Below are positions 1-8,538 of a DNA stretch of 31,539 nt, piece after piece. The stretch is from a virus: IMG/VR virus record IMGVR_UViG_3300028025_000020; one strand, 5' to 3'. Under the pieces are notes generated by a model. The model was not told the origin of the DNA. It saw only the letters and a list, made by a program, of their open reading frames with translations, and ran no database searches. Both the position numbers and the translations under genes were made by a program. Within the stretch, counting starts at the first letter, position 1. The number at the start of each line of letters is the position of its first letter.

Positions 1-127
1 TATTATTAACGTGGAATGTATCATCTTGGTTTACATCTACACAAGCAAAGCCGTGTGACCATTTAGTATAGGCAAAAGGTCGGTAGTCAGGTGATAATGT
101 ACATAAACAACCAGTCGACCATACGCC
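1..127. repeat. Terminal direct repeat, left copy (identical to 31413..31539)
   Basis: Read directly: bases 1-127 (tattattaacgtggaatg...cgaccatacgcc) recur base-for-base as the last 127 nt of the window. Confidence 0.95.
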
Positions 128-958
128 TGTATTTTCACCATTGATATTATTTTCTGAATGGTGCGAAACTTGATGATTGTGACCAAATAACATATTTGAT
201 TTTGCTTTTAAAAACATTCCACGTGCTGGGTTAACTGGTGAAAATACACTTTCGCCCATTTCATGCCCGTGCAATACATTTAATTTGCCTAACTTTATTA
301 TTTCACGATGTACTAAATTGATTTTATACTCATCTAAATGCAAAAGATGTTCTATTTTTAAACTTTCAACATCTGCAAATTCCCTTGCACTTCTCAAAAT
401 AAAGTTTTTTATCCTTTCTTCGTGGTTACCTAACTTAAAATAAATAGGTTGCGTTGGGAATAGGTCACGAACATAGGCAAAAAATGCTACAGTCATTTCT
501 ATTTCTTCACGAAGTGTAGGCATAGCAACATCTTTTATGAATGAAGATACGGGATAGCAATCCATAATATCACCGTTCAATATAATAGTGTCGATATTAT
601 TATCTAAACCCCATTGTAAAGCCGTAGAAAGACTTTCTTCGTCGTGGTATGGTATATGTACATCTGATAGAATTAAATAACGTCCTTCGCTTAGAACAAC
701 GTTTTTCATTTGCTCGGCTTTAGTTATTATTTTTAACTTTCTTAAACCATCAGCAATTGTGCTTTTTTCTTGTATCATTGATTTGTCTTTTATCAAAATC
801 TTGTTTTTTTCTCCAGCTGCACCCATATAATATTTTATAGCACATCTTACCTTTTCTATATTCCCAAGTTCAGGATTTTCTTCTATTATCTTTTTTGCCA
901 ATGTCCTTTTTGGATAGTCAGGAAATTCTTGTAAATATTTTTTTATAATGTCTTGCAT
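1..958 (-). CDS. Calcineurin-like metallophosphoesterase (first 958 nt; gene wraps the circular junction, 328 aa in total)
   Basis: Absent from the ORF track because it runs off the window edge. ATG at 958-956; translation MQDIIKKYLQEFPDYPKRTLAKK... Phosphoesterase motifs read in order: LSDVHIPYHD, NGDIMD, LGNHEE, LHGHE, FGHNHQ. The frame continues through base 1 into 31412..31384 (...FHVNNMRIINGKIV*). Confidence 0.8.
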   Translation of the reverse strand, partial: MQDIIKKYLQEFPDYPKRTLAKKIIEENPELGNIEKVRCAIKYYMGAAGEKNKILIKDKSMIQEKSTIADGLRKLKIITKAEQMKNVVLSEGRYLILSDVHIPYHDEESLSTALQWGLDNNIDTIILNGDIMDCYPVSSFIKDVAMPTLREEIEMTVAFFAYVRDLFPTQPIYFKLGNHEERIKNFILRSAREFADVESLKIEHLLHLDEYKINLVHREIIKLGKLNVLHGHEMGESVFSPVNPARGMFLKAKSNMLFGHNHQVSHHSENNINGENTGVWSTGCLCTLSPDYRPFAYTKWSHGFACVDVNQDDTFHVNN

Positions 959-1266
959 AAAAATAGCGTCACAATTATTGAATAAATAGTGGCATACAAT
1001 GAATATTTTTTTAAAGATTTTTGTTCTTGGTCGATTTCACAAATCACAAATTCCAAATCACTTATAATACTATCTTGTAATTCAATTAAAGTGCTATCTG
1101 TTGCAATCCTTTTTTGATAAATCAAATTTAGCTCACGTGCTTTTGCACCTTTAATTAGATAATAGTTTGCGTTCTTGAGAGTCGATGAGTCGATGGATAT
1201 TGATTGTGCTATCGAGTAGTTTGGTGCTATAAGGACTATCAAGAAAATACATAAATAACGTGTCAT
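943..1266 (-). CDS. Secreted or membrane-anchored hypothetical protein
   Basis: ORF track, 107 aa. N-terminal signal-like hydrophobic segment (MTRYLCIFLIVLIAPNYSIAQS) and C-terminal hydrophobic segment (YSLYATIYSIIVTLFLC). Overlaps the next start by 16 nt. Confidence 0.55.
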   Translation of the reverse strand: MTRYLCIFLIVLIAPNYSIAQSISIDSSTLKNANYYLIKGAKARELNLIYQKRIATDSTLIELQDSIISDLEFVICEIDQEQKSLKKYSLYATIYSIIVTLFLCKTL

Positions 1267-1275
1267 ATCTTTTTT

Positions 1276-1380
1276 CTATTTTGATTTTTTCTTTATTAAT
1301 GATTTTGATTTTCTCTTTGTACTCCACCTTGTAAGCAGTATCAATAATCCTATTGGAAATATTAGAACCACCGCCCACAT
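1276..1380 (-). CDS. Small membrane peptide (34 aa), hypothetical
   Basis: Hand-translated: MWAVVLIFPIGLLILLTRWSTKRKSKSLIKKKSK*. Its ATG overlaps the TAA of the upstream gene (TAATG). It fills an otherwise empty gap. Below the ORF-track size cutoff. Confidence 0.3.
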   Translation of the reverse strand: MWAVVLIFPIGLLILLTRWSTKRKSKSLIKKKSK

Positions 1381-1814
1381 TACAAAGGAATGTCGCAATA
1401 GCTTTCAAGATAAGGCACAACACAACTAATTTCAAGCCCGTACCCAGCAATGACATCAGTTTTGCCGTCGATGAAAGGTTCTGCTTTTGCGTTGGTTGAC
1501 CATCCAATGGATTCTTCATAAGAATTTCTTTTTAATAATGTAATAATGTCTTGTAAAATTAAAGCCGTATCGCTTAAAATTTCTATTAAATTGGATTGAC
1601 TTTCAAAATGTCGGTCAATGACCATCAATAAAAATTGATAGGTTACCGTTTTGCCTTCAGAATCAAAATCAAAACCGTTAGGCACAAGCCACACTAAAGG
1701 ATAGAATTTTACTTCTTCTTCTGCCATTGCATTCTCGCCACAAACAAATTTATTTATTTGCTGGTGGCTTTCTGCTGCCGTTTGGACTTGTTTGATTATT
1801 TGGTTTAGAGTCAT
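1380..1814 (-). CDS. Hypothetical protein of the virion module (possible neck or tail-joining protein)
   Basis: ORF track, 144 aa. Lies directly after the adaptor-like gene. No recognisable catalytic motif. Confidence 0.65.
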   Translation of the reverse strand: MTLNQIIKQVQTAAESHQQINKFVCGENAMAEEEVKFYPLVWLVPNGFDFDSEGKTVTYQFLLMVIDRHFESQSNLIEILSDTALILQDIITLLKRNSYEESIGWSTNAKAEPFIDGKTDVIAGYGLEISCVVPYLESYCDIPL

Positions 1815-1861
1815 TGATAAATTTTAAAAGTTTGGCTTCGTTTTTTTGTCTTACTTTGCCG

Positions 1862-2413
1862 TTATGGTCGGATAAAATAGTATCTTTCTTCGCAGTCATT
1901 GTCAGGTAAATAAATGCCCCCGAAAACTTGAACGTCCTGAGGGAAAATGGTGTCGCTTGTTGCACCACTATTCAAAAATAATGGAAATATATTAGTGTTT
2001 GCGTGTAAATAATCACGTAGTCTATTTGCGTAGTACTCAGCTTTATCCCTATACCTACGTTCAATCATTGTCATTTCGTCAATAGTAACTGGCGTTGCAT
2101 TCTCGCTATTACGACTTGCAACGCTTTTATTTAGCATTTTAAAGGTCATAGGAAGCATTGATTCGGTCAATGTGTAGTACTTTAAGCAAGGTGCAATATA
2201 AGTGTCTAAAAGGTTCGTATTGTTAGCCGATAATGTACCCGCAAATGCTTGTGTTTGCAACTCGTTATACAAGCCACTTCCAATGATATCACGAATATAA
2301 ATTTCTTGTGATTCTTTGATAGCAGATTTTAGTAATTTATCATCAACATTTTCATTGATGGGGCTATTATCTTTTAGATAAGTAGTCGATATTAAATAAA
2401 CAAAGTTTGTCAT
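1862..2413 (-). CDS. Putative head-tail adaptor/connector protein
   Basis: ORF track, 183 aa. Its start overlaps the portal gene stop (ATGA). Size and position immediately after the portal are typical of adaptor proteins. Function inferred from context only. Confidence 0.5.
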   Translation of the reverse strand: MTNFVYLISTTYLKDNSPINENVDDKLLKSAIKESQEIYIRDIIGSGLYNELQTQAFAGTLSANNTNLLDTYIAPCLKYYTLTESMLPMTFKMLNKSVASRNSENATPVTIDEMTMIERRYRDKAEYYANRLRDYLHANTNIFPLFLNSGATSDTIFPQDVQVFGGIYLPDNDCEERYYFIRP

Positions 2414-4158
2414 AATTTTTTCCTTACAAGTTTAGAGTTCCAAGCGTGACGGCAATGATTGATATGTACATCTGTGTCAGGTATTGTGTACCACCCACCA
2501 CGTTCTTTCCATACATCTCTATCAACACGGCTTGAAATCGTGTCTATTTCTGTACGTGTGTAATATCTATTTAACCCTATCAATTGACGGCAAAAATCAC
2601 GACTTGTATCTATCAATTCAGGCTCACCAGTAAAGGCAGCATCTAACCCGTACTCATATCTCAATTCGATTTGAGTGTCTACACTTTTAGAAAGTTCACG
2701 TGTACCTTTTGTAGATGTTTTTAGTTTGCCATTGTCTGAATTAATTAAGCCATCGTCAATCATTTGAGTGATTGCATCCATTACCTTTTGGGCGTCGATG
2801 TTAACGTACTTTGCAATTTCGCCTACCGTTATGCCATCGTTTGCATTTAAGATTTGTAGAATGGCAGTTTCACTTGCAGTTGCAAATTCAAACTTACAAA
2901 GTTCATAGTCATTCTTTGACACCCCACACTCAGCAAATAAATTTAAAACATCTTGGTCGCTTTGCTTTTTAGACATTGCAACTTCTTCTACAATGGCAAA
3001 ACCTAATTCTTTGCGAACTTCGTTTTTGTCAAGAATACCTTTTTCAAATAGTACAATATAATCTTGTCCAATTGGTGGCTTGTTAGTAGTTTTTATTTTA
3101 GCATCAGCCATATATTGAAACACCACATTAAAAGACGAATCCTTTATTTTTTGGCGTGGTTCAATATAAGAAGTTTGGAATAACTCGTAACCTTCTATAA
3201 TCTCATTACGTTGACCTAATGTGCCAGGTGTTGCAATTCCAAAAATAACGGGTGTGCTTACTCTATGCCCTACAAAGATTTCTTCTTGTACTTGGTCGTT
3301 CAGTTGTTGAAATTGTTTATCAAAGTCAGACGGTTGCAAGTTGGTAATTTCTGCGGGTTTTTCGTTCTGCTCATTATACATAATGATTAACCCACCACTT
3401 TCTTCGGCTTCTGCACCTTGATAGTTCTTTTTAAACCTACGTTTTGCAATTCTCATTTCTTCGGGCGTTGGTTGTCCCTTAAACATTTGAATTACTGTCT
3501 GTGCAAAAAACCCGTTTTTGATATTACTCAAATAATAGTTACCTATCTCTACGTCTATCTCTATATACTTTAAAGCACCTATATAAGATGGCAAAGGGTA
3601 TTTTCCTTGACCAGCACGATACATTTTAAACGCATATACTTGCTTATTTTCCCTTGTTGTAGGGTTAAATAAAGGATATTCAATTACGGCTTCACGGCTA
3701 TTTGACCAATCTTCGCTATAATACGCACAATCTTTGCCTAATCTAACGTTCTGAAAGGGTAAATGATACAACTCTGCTATCTCAGTTTTGGCTTTATTCC
3801 AAATAACTTCGATGTAATAGCCATCAAATAGTTCAAAATCTTGTGAAATCTTAGTATTAAAAGACTCATAATCTTCAAATGCATTAATATTTCTTAACTT
3901 ATCGAATGCCTTTGCCTTGTTTAACGTGTCATCTGCATAAATTTCAAATGATTCACCAGCAATATAAGACGATTTTTGGTTAACAATAGCGTTATGCTTA
4001 GGGCTTTTGTTGTATAAATCAATCAATTTTTGAGGGTATAAGTTATCCTCGCCAAAAGTTGTGTAACCCTTTGTTTTATTTTCTTTAAATGTAGGCAAAG
4101 AAATACCCGCAAAAGAAAGTCGGTCGAGTGCGAACTTATTGTTTTCCATTGTTTCCAA
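2410..4158 (-). CDS. Portal protein fused to a wHTH-like segment and a Mu F/SPP1 gp7-like C-terminal domain
   Basis: ORF track, 582 aa. The N-terminal ~390 aa are portal-like in size and context. Residues ~428-485 (ETAILQILNANDGITVGEIAKYVNIDAQKVMDAITQMIDDGLINSDNGKLK) look like a winged helix. The C-terminus (...RDFCRQL...RGGWYTIPDTDVHINHCRHAW) resembles the conserved end of Mu F-like head morphogenesis proteins. Confidence 0.65.
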   Translation of the reverse strand: METMENNKFALDRLSFAGISLPTFKENKTKGYTTFGEDNLYPQKLIDLYNKSPKHNAIVNQKSSYIAGESFEIYADDTLNKAKAFDKLRNINAFEDYESFNTKISQDFELFDGYYIEVIWNKAKTEIAELYHLPFQNVRLGKDCAYYSEDWSNSREAVIEYPLFNPTTRENKQVYAFKMYRAGQGKYPLPSYIGALKYIEIDVEIGNYYLSNIKNGFFAQTVIQMFKGQPTPEEMRIAKRRFKKNYQGAEAEESGGLIIMYNEQNEKPAEITNLQPSDFDKQFQQLNDQVQEEIFVGHRVSTPVIFGIATPGTLGQRNEIIEGYELFQTSYIEPRQKIKDSSFNVVFQYMADAKIKTTNKPPIGQDYIVLFEKGILDKNEVRKELGFAIVEEVAMSKKQSDQDVLNLFAECGVSKNDYELCKFEFATASETAILQILNANDGITVGEIAKYVNIDAQKVMDAITQMIDDGLINSDNGKLKTSTKGTRELSKSVDTQIELRYEYGLDAAFTGEPELIDTSRDFCRQLIGLNRYYTRTEIDTISSRVDRDVWKERGGWYTIPDTDVHINHCRHAWNSKLVRKKL

Positions 4159-4336
4159 ATTTATCTACGCTTGTGAATCCTAATGTTAGAATAACAACCC
4201 ATTCTACACTCTCAATAAGTTTATCGGTGTTATGGTAAAGCATAGCACCTATCAAAGCAAAGCCACCTATAATGCCTATCATTCGCTTTGAGGAAAACTC
4301 GCCTTTATCACCTTTGAATATTTCAAATATTTTCAT
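4136..4336 (-). CDS. Small membrane protein, two predicted TM segments (holin-like)
   Basis: ORF track, 66 aa. Hydrophobic stretches MIGIIGGFALIGAMLY and WVVILTLGF. Confidence 0.5.
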   Translation of the reverse strand: MKIFEIFKGDKGEFSSKRMIGIIGGFALIGAMLYHNTDKLIESVEWVVILTLGFTSVDKFGNNGKQ

Positions 4337-4484
4337 TTTTCTTTTTGTTAAAAAATAGTTTTTTTATAGATACCGCAATTGCTAAGCACACGGCAATAAA
4401 TTGTAATAGTGGTAAAATCGTAACGACAAACCCCGTTGCAACTCCAAGCCATATGCCTATCAAATCAAGTGTATCTTTTTTCAT
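4323..4484 (-). CDS. Small membrane protein (53 aa, holin-like), not in the ORF track
   Basis: Hand-translated base by base: MKKDTLDLIGIWLGVATGFVVTILPLLQFIAVCLAIAVSIKKLFFNKKKNENI*. Its ATG overlaps the TGA of the upstream gene (ATGA at 4481-4484). Its 3' end overlaps the next start by 14 nt. Confidence 0.45.
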   Translation of the reverse strand: MKKDTLDLIGIWLGVATGFVVTILPLLQFIAVCLAIAVSIKKLFFNKKKNENI

Positions 4485-4759
4485 TTTTGTATTGTTTGCG
4501 AATACCCTTCGATAGCATTCAAATAAAATTTAATTTCATACGAATATACTGCCAAAAGTGAATCGCTTTGCTTTTGTTGGCGTTCCATTTTATGCAATCT
4601 ATCGCCCATTTTTACATTCTCGCTTTCACACTTTGAAATAATGGCTTTCTTTGTATTTTCACTTTCATAGTATAAATAGCCTACAATTAAAAGCATACAA
4701 AAAGCCACCGCAGCTATGGGGTTCTTTTTAAATTCTTCAAATGAAATTGGTAGGCTCAT
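4481..4759 (-). CDS. Membrane-anchored coiled-coil protein (spanin-like topology)
   Basis: ORF track, 92 aa. N-terminal TM segment (IAAVAFCMLLIVGYLYY) followed by a charged helical region. Confidence 0.5.
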   Translation of the reverse strand: MSLPISFEEFKKNPIAAVAFCMLLIVGYLYYESENTKKAIISKCESENVKMGDRLHKMERQQKQSDSLLAVYSYEIKFYLNAIEGYSQTIQK

Positions 4760-4980
4760 TATGCTGGGAATGGTGGTGCTGGTTTAGGTATGTATTCGCC
4801 CGTTGGCAAATCTAAAATAAATGCCCACTCAGTACCTTCAATTTGTGATTTGTCTTGGTCAGATAAAAACAAAAACCATACATCGTTAATGTCTTGTACG
4901 CAATTGAAAAATTCATATGGCGTGTAAAATTGACCTTGTACTTGGTCATATTGTTCGGTTGTTAAAATGTATCCTATCAT
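4759..4980 (-). CDS. Hypothetical protein
   Basis: ORF track, 73 aa. Tightly coupled to both neighbours. Confidence 0.55.
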   Translation of the reverse strand: MIGYILTTEQYDQVQGQFYTPYEFFNCVQDINDVWFLFLSDQDKSQIEGTEWAFILDLPTGEYIPKPAPPFPA

Positions 4981-5774
4981 TATACGTTTCTTGAAAGTGT
5001 TGTTTGAAAAGTTTGAATATTTGTATATAATGCTGCAGCTTGGGTGTCGGTTAAGCCTTGACCAATTGAAGAAAAAGCATACTCTCTTGCTGAATAATTT
5101 GCGGCTGAACCATTAAAATTCTGTGCAGCAAAATAAATATTTAAAGAGGTTATTATACCATTGCTTGTATTGGATATAGTATTAATAGTTGAATTTTTTA
5201 TGCCTTTTACTTGTGTACTTGATATTCTATTTGCCATAAAAAACCCTAAAGAATTTGAACTCGATACAGTTGTAGCATTTGGTCCTTGCATTCTAAAGTA
5301 AAATTGATTACTCAATCTTGATAAAATATTTGTTTCTTTAATTCCAGATGCAACTCCCATATCTGCAATAACACTATTTAAATCAGTTCTTGAATAAATA
5401 GAAATATGTTGATTATCTGTATCTCCTGAAACTTGTGCGTAATTAGTGTCCATATAAGCTGATGTCCCGTTACCCGTAACCCCCGTACTCGCAAATGTCC
5501 ATCCACTCGTAAACGTTCCGGTAAAACTTGAACTCTTTAAGTTCTGAGCACACGCTGCAGCACTTGAACCTACCATTGGATACACGGCTTTCATAGGTGT
5601 CCAAAGTGAATTGGCTTTTAAATCGATTACCAATTGATTTACGGCAGTTTTTTCGGTAGTTGTAAGCGTACCACCCGCAGTCGTTACCCTATCAAAATAG
5701 GCTTGTGCATCTGCGTCAAACCCACCCGAAATACTGGTATTACCTACACGAATACCTAAGCTAACACCAAACAT
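4980..5774 (-). CDS. Putative tail fiber or receptor-binding accessory protein (S/T/N/G-rich)
   Basis: ORF track, 264 aa. The N-terminal DADAQAYFDRVTTAGGTLTTTEKTAVNQLVIDLKANSLW motif is followed by a Ser/Thr/Asn/Gly-rich beta-type sequence. Function inferred from composition and context. Confidence 0.45.
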   Translation of the reverse strand: MFGVSLGIRVGNTSISGGFDADAQAYFDRVTTAGGTLTTTEKTAVNQLVIDLKANSLWTPMKAVYPMVGSSAAACAQNLKSSSFTGTFTSGWTFASTGVTGNGTSAYMDTNYAQVSGDTDNQHISIYSRTDLNSVIADMGVASGIKETNILSRLSNQFYFRMQGPNATTVSSSNSLGFFMANRISSTQVKGIKNSTINTISNTSNGIITSLNIYFAAQNFNGSAANYSAREYAFSSIGQGLTDTQAAALYTNIQTFQTTLSRNV

Positions 5775-6040
5775 TATTCGTTATATAAAACGATTGAACC
5801 GCTTGTTAGCGTAATTGACGTTATGATTTGTTCTTCAGGCAAAGTGATGAAAATACCTTGCTTTAAAGTGACACCAGTTAAACCAAGTTGTGTCATTAAA
5901 GATGTACCATCAAAAGAAATCGCCGATACTACTGCGTCGCTATTAACGACAAAGCCCCTAAATCTTCCCGTGTTTGCTGATGTATTACTGATTACTTTGC
6001 AACCAGTAAAACCAGCCATAAATTCGTTTGAATTACTCAT
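5774..6040 (-). CDS. Hypothetical structural-module protein
   Basis: ORF track, 88 aa. Overlap-coupled to its neighbours. Confidence 0.55.
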   Translation of the reverse strand: MSNSNEFMAGFTGCKVISNTSANTGRFRGFVVNSDAVVSAISFDGTSLMTQLGLTGVTLKQGIFITLPEEQIITSITLTSGSIVLYNE

Positions 6041-6395
6041 ATATTTTTTCTATTAATGTTGGATTATATTCGTCTGTTGTTGTACTTGATAATTGAACTT
6101 TTAATATTCCGCTTTCAACTAACTCATTGGAAAGTGATGGGTTTAAATTTACGCTTGATGTTTGTGCGTAAACATTATACATATATTCGCCTTCAAAAAA
6201 GTTGTATGTGTTTTCGTTAACTGAAAATTTATTGTATCTATCTTTAAAGGTGCTAACATCAGTCAAAATAAAAGCATAGGTTTTATTCGTTTGTCGATGT
6301 GTAACGTAAAACAAAAACTTAGGGTTACTTATAGTGACCTTTTCTGTCAATGTTAAGTACCAAAACTTTGTCTCTCCTTTAGTGATTAGTAGCAT
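6033..6395 (-). CDS. Hypothetical structural-module protein (first gene behind late-type promoter P4)
   Basis: ORF track, 120 aa. The ATG lies 6 nt downstream of a CTAATATA box. Confidence 0.6.
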   Translation of the reverse strand: MLLITKGETKFWYLTLTEKVTISNPKFLFYVTHRQTNKTYAFILTDVSTFKDRYNKFSVNENTYNFFEGEYMYNVYAQTSSVNLNPSLSNELVESGILKVQLSSTTTDEYNPTLIEKIYE

Positions 6396-6401
6396 TATAA
6401 G

Positions 6402-6429
6402 TATATTAGCAAATAGCGTAATTTGTTAC
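6402..6429 (-). promoter_or_regulatory. Late-type bipartite promoter motif P4 (GTAACAAATTA-N9-CTAATATA)
   Basis: Minus-strand read: GTAACAAATTA CGCTATTTG CTAATATA CTTATA ATG. Same architecture and 9-nt spacer as P1-P3. Confidence 0.55.
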
Positions 6430-6432
6430 AAT

Positions 6433-6458
6433 AAAAAAGGGATGACCTAAGCCACCCC
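6433..6458 (-). terminator. Rho-independent terminator after the capsid gene block
   Basis: Minus-strand RNA GGGGUGGC-UUAG-GUCAUCCC (8 bp including 2 G.U pairs) followed by UUUUUU. The G.U pairs become A.C mismatches on the plus strand, so the hairpin is strand-specific. Confidence 0.6.
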
Positions 6459-6484
6459 CCACAGATATGAAACAAGACAGAAAT

Positions 6485-6991
6485 TTATATTCCTAATGTA
6501 GTTACTACAGAAGACTGCAGCTTGTATGGTGCTTCGATGTCCATTGATTGAAGTGTAACTTCATAACCAGTTGAATCACCAAACGCAGCACCAGTATTTG
6601 CAACCATTGAACTAACATCACAACCTGACTCTTTACCTACCAACCAATACTCATCGTTATTAGTTTTTACGATACAGAACACACGTCCCTGAGCTAATAA
6701 TTTTAACTCGTTACGCTTTGTTGTTGACAATCTACGCAATTTGAAAGCTACGTCACATTGGTTGTACACCGTGCCGTTTTCAACGCTTACGTTAGTTGTG
6801 TTAGTCATTGATGCAGTCGCCTTAGGGATGTCATAGAAATATACATCCCCACTCGCTACTGATGTTGCCGTAACTTCACCACTTGCAACTGTAAAGCCAG
6901 TTTTAGCCCAGTTAACAAGATAGATAGATTTAACGCCACCGACTGCATCTTTGCAATCAAGGGCAAAACTTTGAGAAATTAAACACGGCAT
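6485..6991 (-). CDS. Virion protein encoded directly after the major capsid gene (tail tube-like or decoration; function uncertain)
   Basis: ORF track, 168 aa. Sits between the capsid gene and a terminator, which suggests high expression. Confidence 0.5.
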   Translation of the reverse strand: MPCLISQSFALDCKDAVGGVKSIYLVNWAKTGFTVASGEVTATSVASGDVYFYDIPKATASMTNTTNVSVENGTVYNQCDVAFKLRRLSTTKRNELKLLAQGRVFCIVKTNNDEYWLVGKESGCDVSSMVANTGAAFGDSTGYEVTLQSMDIEAPYKLQSSVVTTLGI

Positions 6992-7003
6992 ATTTTATAA
7001 ATA

Positions 7004-7948
7004 TTAAAGTGTGAAATAAACTACTTCGTCAGGGAATGCAATCTGTACGCCATACTTCATTTTAGCTTTGAAATATACGTTTTCGCTGATTGGGTCGAAT
7101 ACAAATTTGTATTGTTCTTCTTCATTTGCAAGGTCAGTTCCTACGAACAAGTTAGTCAAATGAGTTGCAACCAATTTGTCTGTACCATCCAAACCACCAA
7201 CTGCAATTAACTTCATATTAGTACCTGGAATAATCATATCCATCATTCCTGGTTCAGGCATATAATGGTACAAATTAGCGTTCTTCAAGTTCACTAAGAA
7301 CTTTTTGTAGAAGTCTACACCACAAAAACAAACCAAGTTGTCCTTAGATGCAATTCTTGAAGGAATAGCAGCGTAGATAGCGTCTAAGATATCGTCAGCG
7401 TTTGAAGTTGTAACCGAAGTTGCACTAATAGTGTTCCCTGAAATAGGGTCACCAGCACCACCGAAGCCCAATGCAGTCAAGATAGTGTTAAAACCATCGA
7501 ACTTGTTAGTGTTAGGGTTAGTGTTAGATGTTGCTACAGTTCCTTGCCAAATAGCAATTTCCAATTTTTCAGCAATTACACCAGCTTTCTCTGAACCAAT
7601 AAGTTCTTCAAATGGTAAAGCTACCGCAGAACCTGGAGCGATTTGTGTTTGCATCCATTTAGCTTCTAAAGTTTTAGGGCAAAGAGTTTCTTCAACTGCA
7701 AGTTTACCAACAGTTAAAGTTCTTTGTGTGAAAGTTGTTAGACCAGATGGGGTTAAACCACATCCGTCTGTTTGGAAATAAACATCTGAGTTAAGGATGT
7801 TAAGAGTTTCAGCAGATTTGATACCTACTTGAACTTGACCAGCGTCGTACATTAAACGAGCCGTTTTACCACCGAATAGGGCTTTGCTTAATAAATTAAG
7901 ACTCTGCTCATTGGTGTAATTTGCGAGTGATGATACTACAAATGACAT
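7004..7948 (-). CDS. Major capsid protein
   Basis: ORF track, 314 aa. Follows the canonical protease-scaffold-capsid order. No motif-level proof is possible by eye. Confidence 0.7.
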   Translation of the reverse strand: MSFVVSSLANYTNEQSLNLLSKALFGGKTARLMYDAGQVQVGIKSAETLNILNSDVYFQTDGCGLTPSGLTTFTQRTLTVGKLAVEETLCPKTLEAKWMQTQIAPGSAVALPFEELIGSEKAGVIAEKLEIAIWQGTVATSNTNPNTNKFDGFNTILTALGFGGAGDPISGNTISATSVTTSNADDILDAIYAAIPSRIASKDNLVCFCGVDFYKKFLVNLKNANLYHYMPEPGMMDMIIPGTNMKLIAVGGLDGTDKLVATHLTNLFVGTDLANEEEQYKFVFDPISENVYFKAKMKYGVQIAFPDEVVYFTL

Positions 7949-7952
7949 ATTT

Positions 7953-8498
7953 TTATTTTTTCTTTAGTTGTTGTGCGATTTTTACAATGTTTGCAAATTG
8001 TTGTTCTTTTTTACTTAACGTCTCGGGTGCTTTTGTTGGTTCAGCACTTGGAAGATTTGCAACCTTCTCTACTAAGTCAACAGTTTTAGAAAACATTTCA
8101 CTTTGTTTTTCTAATTTAGCTACTACACTTTCAAATTGTGCAGTCAATAAAGCGATTTTGCTTTCTAAGTTACTTACTACTTCGTTGAATTTTTCGATTG
8201 TTGCAAATTCTTTTGCAGCTTCGATTTCAACTTCAACTTCTGCAGTAGGTTCTACGATTTCAGTTACGATACCAGCAACTGTAGTTACAAGTGTCCCACC
8301 TTCTACTTCGTGTGTAGCATCAGGAGCTGGGATATCACCTTCAGCAGTTTCTACTAAGATAGCAGTACCTACAGAAAGTTCACCTTCCCATTTGATTACC
8401 GTTCCATCGGTCAATACGGCAGTAGCCATTTCAACTGATACCGCATCGTCGAATTTCAACATTGAGCGGATTTCTTGAATTAAACTTTTAGAGTCCAT
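7953..8498 (-). CDS. Scaffolding protein
   Basis: ORF track, 181 aa. Acidic, Ala/Glu/Val-rich and helical, located between the protease and capsid genes. Confidence 0.55.
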   Translation of the reverse strand: MDSKSLIQEIRSMLKFDDAVSVEMATAVLTDGTVIKWEGELSVGTAILVETAEGDIPAPDATHEVEGGTLVTTVAGIVTEIVEPTAEVEVEIEAAKEFATIEKFNEVVSNLESKIALLTAQFESVVAKLEKQSEMFSKTVDLVEKVANLPSAEPTKAPETLSKKEQQFANIVKIAQQLKKK

Positions 8499-8505
8499 TT
8501 TTATA

Positions 8506-8533
8506 TATATTAGTTGTATGTTTTATTTGTTGC
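8506..8533 (-). promoter_or_regulatory. Late-type bipartite promoter motif P3 (GCAACAAATAA-N9-CTAATATA)
   Basis: Minus-strand read: GCAACAAATAA AACATACAA CTAATATA TATAAAA ATG. Confidence 0.55.
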
Positions 8534-8538
8534 ATTTT

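Noticed and set aside
1-127. The 127-nt end repeat as a biological direct terminal repeat or att-type repeat flanking a prophage
   Set aside because: A coding gene runs continuously through the joined ends. There is no integrase and no flanking bacterial DNA. An exact k-mer-sized overlap is the usual signature of a circularised assembly. A true short DTR cannot be fully excluded without reads.
1151-1519. 122-aa minus-strand ORF overlapping two genes in another frame (similarly 8820-9044, 14065-14268, 20504-20716 and 1750-1968)
   Set aside because: These are alternative-frame ORFs nested in, or bridging, better-supported genes. The chain of ATGA/overlap-coupled genes accounts for the same DNA without them.
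6409-6419. Sigma-70-like reading of P4 (TTGTAA-N17-TAATAT)
   Set aside because: The same bases belong to the four-copy GYAACAAAWTW-N9-CTAATATA motif, and the other three copies do not give a good TTGACA-like -35. The shared bipartite motif is the more economical explanation.
7105-7119. 15-nt exact match (ATTTGTATTGTTCTT) between the plus strand inside the capsid gene and the unit 2 box/seed at 15070-15084. It implies that a unit-derived RNA could pair with capsid mRNA.
   Set aside because: Part of the match lies in the putative -7 box and would not be transcribed. A rough estimate for an AT-rich 31-kb genome suggests that one 15-mer coincidence with a ~350-nt query is not very unlikely. It is worth a target-prediction run but is not evidence on its own.
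7921-8478. 185-aa plus-strand ORF, and the other plus-strand ORFs in the track (e.g. 5823-6056, 7431-7781, 9614-9838, 13612-13896, 15885-16301, 24297-24617, 30134-30647)
   Set aside because: All are antisense to strongly supported minus-strand genes. They have low-complexity Ser/Leu/Phe-rich translations typical of the reverse frame of AT-rich coding DNA. None has its own promoter-like signal or coupling to neighbours.
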